From: an uncultured Candidatus Saccharibacteria bacterium
GTDB lineage: Bacteria; Patescibacteriota; Dojkabacteria; J137
Assembly: GCA_965230975.1 (NCBI GenBank)
Contig: OZ246402.1
Location: 637,009 to 701,008, forward strand
Length of the DNA: 64,000 nt
Reading direction: 5' to 3'
Position numbers and translations under genes: made by a program. Positions within the stretch are counted from its first letter, which is position 1, and every line of letters begins with the position of its first letter. The notes under the pieces are model-generated. The model had not been told where the DNA came from. It made no database searches and saw only the letters and a program-made list of their open reading frames with translations. This document shows, in pieces, positions 57,356-64,000 of this stretch.

Positions 57356-60300
57356 TTATAAGTCTTGAATGGCTTCTTTACAGTAATCACATTCATGGCA
57401 AAGTGGATACCCACCTTCGTTACCCGAAAACTCTAAATTTCTAATTCTTGTTACAACATCTATAATCTTTTCTTTAACTAATTGAACATCTTCTTGAATT
57501 ACTGGAAATGTTTCTTTTTTATATAAACCGGATTTGTTAGGTTTTAAAAAGTCAATTTGAACTTCTGCTACCTTATACTTATCTAAGCCTAATTTTGGTT
57601 TAAAATACTTATCACAATCTGCCAATATGTAATAAAACAACAGCTGGTAATACATTCGTGGGTCAGCCTTCTTTGTTAAACCTTTAATCTCATTTTGGGA
57701 TTGTGGGTCTTTAACTTTATAGTCTACAACTCTAACAAGGTTTTGCTCTTTATTTAGCCATTCAATCTTATCAAGTTTACCTTTTAGGACAATAGGTTCC
57801 TGTCCAGGGATTTCAAATATAGTTTCAGATTTATGAAAGGTATATTCAACCTCTGCTGGTATTTCAAATTCAGATTTATAGTGCATTATATAATCTGTTA
57901 ATATTGCTTTCCCTTCTGTTAAGACCTGTTGATAAAGATCTGAGCTGTGCAAGTTTTTGTGTAGGTAGCTCTCAAAATATTTAAGCAAATCATCAATAGA
58001 GTAGTTTTCATGATTAATTAAATGTCTACCAAGCTTTTCTAATGCAAAGTGAATAGAAGACCCCAAGATTGCTGTTTTATTTGAAGGTCTTGGCAGTTTT
58101 ATTAAATGTTCATATTTAAATTTAAGTGGACATTCTATGTATGTTAAGAATGATGTTGCGGACAATTGAAATTTTTTAACAAGCGATTCTAAATACTTCT
58201 TTTCATCTTCAGAATGGTCTATTAAGTGATTTGATGTAAGTCTCTCTTTAAAGTATGCAATGTCTTCCGACTCGTATTTGCTTGAGTCGCTTTTATCAAT
58301 TAATTTATTATCAAGCTCGTAAATAAACTGACTTGGGGACACCTCTTTTTTACCTGTAGATGAATCGTATTGGTTTGAATATGTTAGGAACAATTTTTGC
58401 TTAGCTCTTGTTAAAGCTACGTAAAGCAAACGCCTTTCATCTTCCTCCTTTTCGTTACCAGTTTTTACATCTAATTTTGTTATTGGCAGCTTAAAGAAGT
58501 TTCTTTCCGGCTTTCCTTCCCAGTTTTTATCGTAGAGGTTCATAACAAATACGTAAGGGAACTCTAACCCTTTAGATTTATGGGCAGTCATTAAATTAAC
58601 ACCATTTCTTTCAATATCTAGTTCGTTTTCGGGTATTGAAATTCGATTTTCTTCGTATAGCTTTAAGTCATTTAAGAACTCGTTTAAATTGATTTTTTTG
58701 TCTGCAGTGTAAATAGATTTAATATAGTTGTAAAAGGAGTTTACAGAGTTTATATTCTCAATGTTCTTATCTTTAAAGAATACAAAGTCCAGATAACCAG
58801 ATTCTTGAAATATCCTTTCGGTTAAATCAATAAGATTTGTGTTTTCGCTTAAAGCTCTCCAGTCTGCGAGTTTTTGTGCAAATGTAATAAACTTTTCTGG
58901 TTCTGAAACACCTGCCGCTTTAAGTTGCTCTTCTGTTGAAATTATATTGAATAAAGAGGTCTTGTTAAAAGATGCCTGGTTAGTTACTTTAAATGTATCT
59001 AATCTTTTAAATCCTAAAAAGTCATAAAAGAGTATTTTGAATAATGTAAATTCTCTATCTTCATTGGTATACATTATTGTTTTAAGTAAGTTCAAAAATT
59101 GCTGAATAATTAGTTCATCTAGTGCATTGCTTCCTGCTGCTAATTTAAAAGGCAACCCTTTTTTGATCATCGCATTAATTAAGTCTTCTGCATCTGAATG
59201 GTTTCTGTAAAAAATTGCAATATCCGAGTATGCAATACCTGAATCATTTAGTTCTTTGATTTTTTCTGTAATAAATCTGACTTCGTATTCCCCATCTTTA
59301 AATTCAAAAACTTCTGCTTGTTGGTTGGTTATGCCACTTTCTGCTTTTAAGTCTTTATTAACATCTTTAATTAAGTTGCTTAAACGCATTGTATTTTTTT
59401 CTACCAAAGATTTTGATAAATCAAGAATAGCTTGGCTAGATCTGTAGTTTTTTGTAAGGGTAATGGTTTTTACATTTTCAAATTCTTTTGTAAAGAAAAG
59501 TAAATTTTCTACATTTGCTCCTTGAAATCTGTAAATAGCTTGGTCATCATCTCCTACAGCAAATATGTTTGGCGATTTATCAAAAGAACCTAAAAGTTTA
59601 AGTAGCTGGTTTTGAGACCCGTTTGTATCTTGGTATTCATCTACTAAGATATACAAATATTTCTCTTGGTTTTCTGCTAATAAATCTTTATCCTCTTCAA
59701 ATTTATTAATTACGTAAAGAATCATATCTTCGTAATCATAAAACCCTTTCTCTTTAATTAATTCCTGATATTTTTTATATAGTTCATAAAGTTCTAGATT
59801 TTTATCTTGCCTTTGTCTATTTGTTTGCCAATCTAGCTTTGGTTTACCTGTCCTACTATTTATATCTGGATTTGCTTCTAGTTCTTGAATTATCTCTTGG
59901 GTTCTGTTTAATAATTCTTCGGGTGAAATTCCTTCTCGTTTTAATGTTTGTATTCCATTAAGTATTTGGTTTTGGTAAAAGTAGGGGTCGTGTAATGGTT
60001 TTAAAGTATGTTTTGTATCTTGAGGTAAGCTATCTAAAACTTCTCGCATTATCTTTACTTTGTTTAGGTCGTCTAGTTGTTTTAAGTCTCTTGAAAAAGA
60101 GAACTTGTTTGGATTGCTTAATATAATTTCATTACAAAAGCTGTGGAATGTGTGTATTTTCACATAATAAGCTTCTGTACCAATATATCTTAAAAGCCTT
60201 TCGCGCATGGCTGTTACACCAGATTCTGTGAATGTTAAGCAAAGAATATTTCCAGGCAAAGCATCTGTTTTTTGTAATATGTTTGCAATTCTTAAAGAAA

Positions 60301-60418
60301 GCACTTGAGTTTTACCAGTACCAGGGCCAGCAATAACCAATACTGGACCTTCTAATGTATTTACAGCCTGATATTGTTCGGGGTTAAGCCTTACTTTTTC
60401 TATCTCTGAAGTGTTCAT
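57356..60418 (-). CDS. UvrD/PcrA-family helicase fused to a C-terminal PD-(D/E)xK (RecB/Cas4-like) nuclease with a Cys cluster
   Basis: Motif I VLVIAGPGTGKTQVL and the UvrD-like motifs through the helicase core. C-terminal VVDYKVK...YYQLLFY and CHECDYCK resemble an AddB/Cas4-type nuclease. Length is 1020 aa. Confidence 0.8.
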   Translation of the reverse strand: MNTSEIEKVRLNPEQYQAVNTLEGPVLVIAGPGTGKTQVLSLRIANILQKTDALPGNILCLTFTESGVTAMRERLLRYIGTEAYYVKIHTFHSFCNEIILSNPNKFSFSRDLKQLDDLNKVKIMREVLDSLPQDTKHTLKPLHDPYFYQNQILNGIQTLKREGISPEELLNRTQEIIQELEANPDINSRTGKPKLDWQTNRQRQDKNLELYELYKKYQELIKEKGFYDYEDMILYVINKFEEDKDLLAENQEKYLYILVDEYQDTNGSQNQLLKLLGSFDKSPNIFAVGDDDQAIYRFQGANVENLLFFTKEFENVKTITLTKNYRSSQAILDLSKSLVEKNTMRLSNLIKDVNKDLKAESGITNQQAEVFEFKDGEYEVRFITEKIKELNDSGIAYSDIAIFYRNHSDAEDLINAMIKKGLPFKLAAGSNALDELIIQQFLNLLKTIMYTNEDREFTLFKILFYDFLGFKRLDTFKVTNQASFNKTSLFNIISTEEQLKAAGVSEPEKFITFAQKLADWRALSENTNLIDLTERIFQESGYLDFVFFKDKNIENINSVNSFYNYIKSIYTADKKINLNEFLNDLKLYEENRISIPENELDIERNGVNLMTAHKSKGLEFPYVFVMNLYDKNWEGKPERNFFKLPITKLDVKTGNEKEEDERRLLYVALTRAKQKLFLTYSNQYDSSTGKKEVSPSQFIYELDNKLIDKSDSSKYESEDIAYFKERLTSNHLIDHSEDEKKYLESLVKKFQLSATSFLTYIECPLKFKYEHLIKLPRPSNKTAILGSSIHFALEKLGRHLINHENYSIDDLLKYFESYLHKNLHSSDLYQQVLTEGKAILTDYIMHYKSEFEIPAEVEYTFHKSETIFEIPGQEPIVLKGKLDKIEWLNKEQNLVRVVDYKVKDPQSQNEIKGLTKKADPRMYYQLLFYYILADCDKYFKPKLGLDKYKVAEVQIDFLKPNKSGLYKKETFPVIQEDVQLVKEKIIDVVTRIRNLEFSGNEGGYPLCHECDYCKEAIQDL

Positions 60419-60481
60419 CTGTTAATATTCTCACATAGATACCATCTTCATCAATAGTTTAATTACATTTCATTATTAACT

Positions 60482-61153
60482 TTGTTGACAACGCCTTTGA
60501 GTGATATAATTGCTATATATAAATATTGTTTTATGCAACCTGTGACAAACATGCTCCATAATCTTGAACTAGAAGATGTTAATTCTAAATCGATTGACGA
60601 GCTTATTACAAAATCTTCGTTAGGTACTCTTTCTGACAACACTTTATCAGCTCTAAATATTCTATTCCAAAATAATTATCTGGTTGATGAGGATGAACTT
60701 ATAAATAGTTGGAAAGAAATTGTAAGAAGTGATCATATTTCTAAAATGTACATAATGGGACATAGAAATGCAGGCACGATAGAGCTGGCTAATTCACTAA
60801 ATTCCATGGCTTCACAATCTGCAGGTTCTTACATTACAGATCTTCAAGCAATTTTAAATGAATTTAATATTGAATTACCTTATGCTGAATCAAGTGCTCT
60901 TAAACTATCTCAACAAGAAATAATTGAATTGTCAAAGACTACAACGCTTGCCTTCCTTAGGAAGTGTCAAGGCAGGTTAAAGGCTATTGGTTATGCAGAT
61001 AGTCGATACAGAGAAGGTATTATATTTATGCTCCCAGAAAATCTAGAAAGTTTAAAACTTTTTACTTACTACGAATTTGTGATACTAGCTACTTTAATCT
61101 TAAATGATGTAGTGACATGTCCAGTTAAGTTTGTAATACCCAAAAGAAAGTAA
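60482..61153 (+). CDS. Hypothetical protein
   Basis: A 223-aa ORF. Confidence 0.3.
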   Translation: MLTTPLSDIIAIYKYCFMQPVTNMLHNLELEDVNSKSIDELITKSSLGTLSDNTLSALNILFQNNYLVDEDELINSWKEIVRSDHISKMYIMGHRNAGTIELANSLNSMASQSAGSYITDLQAILNEFNIELPYAESSALKLSQQEIIELSKTTTLAFLRKCQGRLKAIGYADSRYREGIIFMLPENLESLKLFTYYEFVILATLILNDVVTCPVKFVIPKRK

Positions 61154-61224
61154 TTTGTTTATCAAATTTGAAATTAGTCACCGATTTACCTGGAGAACTC
61201 GCGACCCACTGCTTATCCCGATAA

Positions 61225-61297
61225 AGCTAACTGTGGGAATCGAACCCACAACCTATCGCTTACGATGCGATTGCTCTACCAATTGAGCTAAGTCAGC
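61225..61297 (-). tRNA. tRNA-Thr (anticodon CGU)
   Basis: The minus strand reads GCUGACUUAGCUCAAUUGGUAGAGCAAUCGCAUCGUAAGCGAUAGGUUGUGGGUUCGAUUCCCACAGUUAGCU. This is a canonical cloverleaf with anticodon loop AUCGUAA. Confidence 0.8.
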
Positions 61298-61490
61298 TTA
61301 ATCGGGACTCTACCAGCTGAGCTAAAGTGGCACAAATGATTATATTACAAATCTTATAGTAGTAAACCATAAAACTATTCCAATCTATCCTAGAGAATTC
61401 ATATCCTTTACATAACATAAATTACGTATCATAATAATATAGTTATAGGTTAAAACTTATAACTGAAAACTTAATACTTACAACCTGATT

Positions 61491-62534
61491 ATGTACAATC
61501 CAAAATTTAGCTATACAGATAAATTAGTATCAACTTTAGTTAAAATCGAAAACTCTAGAACTGTTTTGGCCAGCATGGACTTAACTTATGACAATAAATA
61601 CAAGCTTGCATTAAATGCAAAAACTCTAGACATGTTTCATTTAGGTCACTTTTTAGAACTAGATATGACTTTAAAAGATGCAGAAAAAATAGCAAATGGC
61701 TTAAAGTTAGATGACATTAAAGATGAAAATGCAATTAAATTAAAAAACTTTAGAGATGCAATCGATTTTACAAGATCAAATGTTTCAGATAGTTATGCAG
61801 AAGTAGATTTAAACACAATAATGCACTTTCATAAAATGGTATTGCACGGTTGGAAAAAGGGTTGGGAGTCAAAACTAAGAGGGTCAAGTGACACAATTCA
61901 AAATGATGACAATTGGTCAACACTACAAAATGCTGAGATAGAATCTGACAAAATAGAGTATGAATTATACGAATTAATTGAGTGGTATAAGAACTCTACA
62001 ATTACAATTACACCTGTAGTTAGAATCGGGATTTTTATATATAGGTTGATTGAGTTATACCCATTTGCCTTTGGTAATAAACTTACAATGCTTGCTTATG
62101 TAGATTATCTTTTGTTTAAGAATAATTATGCTAGCAAAATTTATTCTTCTGTTTTAAAGATTTTTGGTACAAATGAAATGAAGTTTTTTGAAAGTATAGA
62201 ATATTCAAGAAAGAATTTTGATTTATCAATTTGGTTAGAGGCTTTCTCTCATAGCATTTTTAGAGATTTAATGGAAATCAGGGAGCATGTAAATGAGTTT
62301 GTTAAAGCCGAAGAAAAGTCTAAAGATCAACCTTTCTTAGATTTAAATAAAAGACAATTAAAGGTTTTAAAGTACTTGCAAACTGTACCGATGTTAAAAA
62401 GAGAGGATTATTGTCACATGATGGAGGTATCCACAATGACAGCATTTAGAGATTTAAACGATTTAGTTAGAAAAAAACTATTAAAAGTAGAAGGACAGGG
62501 TAGAGGCACTAAGTATAGATTAGCTAGTATGTAA
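61491..62534 (+). CDS. Fic/DOC-family protein with a degenerate Fic motif and a C-terminal wHTH
   Basis: YPFAFGNKLTML stands in place of the canonical HPFx(D/E)GNGRxxR. The C-terminal EGQGRGTKYRL is typical of the Fic-associated wHTH. Confidence 0.55.
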   Translation: MYNPKFSYTDKLVSTLVKIENSRTVLASMDLTYDNKYKLALNAKTLDMFHLGHFLELDMTLKDAEKIANGLKLDDIKDENAIKLKNFRDAIDFTRSNVSDSYAEVDLNTIMHFHKMVLHGWKKGWESKLRGSSDTIQNDDNWSTLQNAEIESDKIEYELYELIEWYKNSTITITPVVRIGIFIYRLIELYPFAFGNKLTMLAYVDYLLFKNNYASKIYSSVLKIFGTNEMKFFESIEYSRKNFDLSIWLEAFSHSIFRDLMEIREHVNEFVKAEEKSKDQPFLDLNKRQLKVLKYLQTVPMLKREDYCHMMEVSTMTAFRDLNDLVRKKLLKVEGQGRGTKYRLASM

Positions 62535-63041
62535 AGGCTGTTTTTTAATCATCTCGATTTGTGCTGGCAGTGTTTCAGGCCCAACTTTTAATACTAAAGA
62601 ACCATTTGTTTGTTCTAATAATCTACCTGTTTGTATTAAATTAAGATTAATTTTATAAAGTGGATCGGTTAAAGAATTAAATGTTACAGAACAAATACAC
62701 TCCTCTGGTTCAAAATTGAATATAACTCTCCATGATATTGCAAATTTACCTTTAATATCTTTGTATACAATTGTAACTTGCCCCATTGTTTCTTCTTCAA
62801 ATATCGGCACATATTCTATCTCCGGATCGAGTTGGAAGTTATTAGAAAATAGAATTATATCTTCGGCAATAGCTGGAATGTTTGAATTATATGGATAGTC
62901 TAAAAGTAATCCAATATTCTGTTTAACTAAGTTATATGCGATTTTTTTATATATATCAATTCTTTGCAATCTATCTACAGATTCAAATCCCATTTTATGC
63001 ATAATTCCGTCTATCATAGTGTCAACGTTGAATGATGACAC
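62520..63041 (-). CDS. Hypothetical protein
   Basis: A 173-aa ORF. Confidence 0.3.
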   Translation of the reverse strand: MSSFNVDTMIDGIMHKMGFESVDRLQRIDIYKKIAYNLVKQNIGLLLDYPYNSNIPAIAEDIILFSNNFQLDPEIEYVPIFEEETMGQVTIVYKDIKGKFAISWRVIFNFEPEECICSVTFNSLTDPLYKINLNLIQTGRLLEQTNGSLVLKVGPETLPAQIEMIKKQPLHTS

Positions 63042-63073
63042 TATTTTACTATATCAGCTATGTTTTGTTAAGT

Positions 63074-63616
63074 CTATATTTCACTCATGTAAGTGTAGTA
63101 AATATAATACCTTTGGTCTTGCACGTAGATTTCCCCAACCTTTTCAGACCCAATACCATATTTTTCATGTAATGGATTTTGAAATCCTTGTTCACCCAAA
63201 TCGTTAGGATTAAGATAAAAAATAATCCTTTCACCATTAATTTGAAGTATTGGGTTATCTTTAGTATTAAATATTACTTTAATAGAACTGTCGTTACTGT
63301 TATTGCCATTCGGTATCATTACTGAAATTTCTAGGCTATCATCTACTGCAAAATTGAAGTCATAGTTATACCTAGAGATAGGTTTATCAACTAATTTAAG
63401 ATTATTAACAAATAATTCAGTATCTAGTAAAAGCTTATGAAATATATCTTCTAATATTATTTTATTGTATTTAAATAATCTAGAATTACTATCTTTTAAT
63501 AAAGCTATAAATTCAACTAAAAAGATAGATAAAATATTTCTGGCCTCCAATTCTGTTACCCCTATCTCTTGAGTCTTTTGACCTATGCGTTTTGCAAAGT
63601 TAGTAATTATTTGCAT
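63074..63616 (-). CDS. Hypothetical protein
   Basis: A 180-aa ORF directly downstream of the partial glyS. Confidence 0.3.
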   Translation of the reverse strand: MQIITNFAKRIGQKTQEIGVTELEARNILSIFLVEFIALLKDSNSRLFKYNKIILEDIFHKLLLDTELFVNNLKLVDKPISRYNYDFNFAVDDSLEISVMIPNGNNSNDSSIKVIFNTKDNPILQINGERIIFYLNPNDLGEQGFQNPLHEKYGIGSEKVGEIYVQDQRYYIYYTYMSEI

Positions 63617-64000
63617 TTAAGCAAAACACTCTTTTAAATATGTAGGCAAATCTTCTATCTTAATTCTTTCTTGCTTCATTGTGTCTCTATCCCTAATTGT
63701 CACAGCATTATCATTTAAAGAATCAAAGTCGATAGTTACACAGTATGGTGTTCCAATCTCATCTTGTCTTCTATATCTTTTACCAATAGATGCTGTTTCA
63801 TCGTATTGAGTCATGTAATCTTTTCTTATTAAGTTTTGAACTTCTAGTGCTTTGGCTTGTAATTCTGGTTTCTTAGATAAAGGCAATATTGCAACCTTGA
63901 TTGGAGCTAATGATTTTTTTAGCTTTAATACAACTCTAGAGTCTTTTTCTCCGTTTGAGTTTGTTAATTCCTCTTCTGTCCATGCTTCTTCTAAAACCAT
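63617..64000 (-). CDS. glyS: Glycyl-tRNA synthetase, C-terminal anticodon-binding domain. The gene is partial and continues beyond the window
   Basis: IKVAILPL...IGKRYRRQDEIGTPYCVTIDFDSL..NAVTIRDRDTMKQERI is the class II aaRS anticodon-binding domain, closest to the GlyRS pattern. The apparent Met at 64000 is an artefact of the window edge. Confidence 0.7.
   Translation of the reverse strand: MVLEEAWTEEELTNSNGEKDSRVVLKLKKSLAPIKVAILPLSKKPELQAKALEVQNLIRKDYMTQYDETASIGKRYRRQDEIGTPYCVTIDFDSLNDNAVTIRDRDTMKQERIKIEDLPTYLKECFA

Noticed and set aside
61180-61335. A second complete tRNA, or an intron-containing tRNA, enclosing tRNA-Thr
   Set aside because: The outer sequence has a convincing 5' half (acceptor plus D-arm) but no canonical T-arm or matching 3' acceptor strand. 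I could fold only tRNA-Thr into a full cloverleaf, so the outer element is reported as an anomaly rather than a gene.
1-64000. Alternative genetic code (UGA=Gly, code 25) as used by some small-genome candidate phyla
   Set aside because: ORFs of 1219, 1067, 1020, 1014 and 973 aa are uninterrupted under the standard code. Only one suspicious in-frame TGA was seen (6261-6263), which is reported separately.
1-64000. CRISPR array or cas genes
   Set aside because: No series of regularly spaced direct repeats and no Cas-like proteins were seen. The only Cas4-like element is the nuclease domain fused to the UvrD-family helicase (57356-60418), which is an AddA/AdnB-type arrangement and is not CRISPR-associated.
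63617-64000. Apparent start codon of the last ORF at position 64000
   Set aside because: The domain is the C-terminal anticodon-binding domain of a class II aaRS, so the gene must extend beyond the window. The Met is coincidental.

Overview
This 64 kb window is AT-rich, gene-dense bacterial chromosome. Its housekeeping genes suggest a small-genome lineage, possibly Patescibacteria/CPR, though that placement is inference only. Recognisable housekeeping genes are uvrA, a short mfd, a UvrD-like helicase-nuclease, ychF, family-II pyrophosphatase ppaC, murG, ROK glucokinase, an aldehyde dehydrogenase, a DsbA-like oxidoreductase, a VirB4-like ATPase followed by ssb, a partial glyS C-terminus, and tRNA-Ser(GGA), tRNA-Gly(GCC) and tRNA-Thr(CGU). 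The standard genetic code appears to apply, because many ORFs longer than 1000 aa are uninterrupted. Between about 7.5 kb and 24.2 kb there is an accessory/mobile island lying next to tRNA-Ser. It carries a large serine recombinase, terminase small and large subunits, a ParB-nuclease-fused DNA methyltransferase, a PLD-nuclease/SNF2-helicase fusion paired with a 1219-aa N6-adenine methyltransferase (DISARM/BREX-like), and a compact three-gene cassette. The cassette is a 1-2TM protein, a Pol-beta-superfamily nucleotidyltransferase (CD-NTase/SMODS-like) and a SEC-C-motif protein. It is the best candidate in the window for a previously undescribed nucleotide-signalling defence system. Upstream of the island, lexA sits ahead of a zinc-ribbon gene that appears to be interrupted by a single in-frame TGA. 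I saw no CRISPR array and no rRNA. All functional calls come from motif recognition by eye and need profile searches to confirm.
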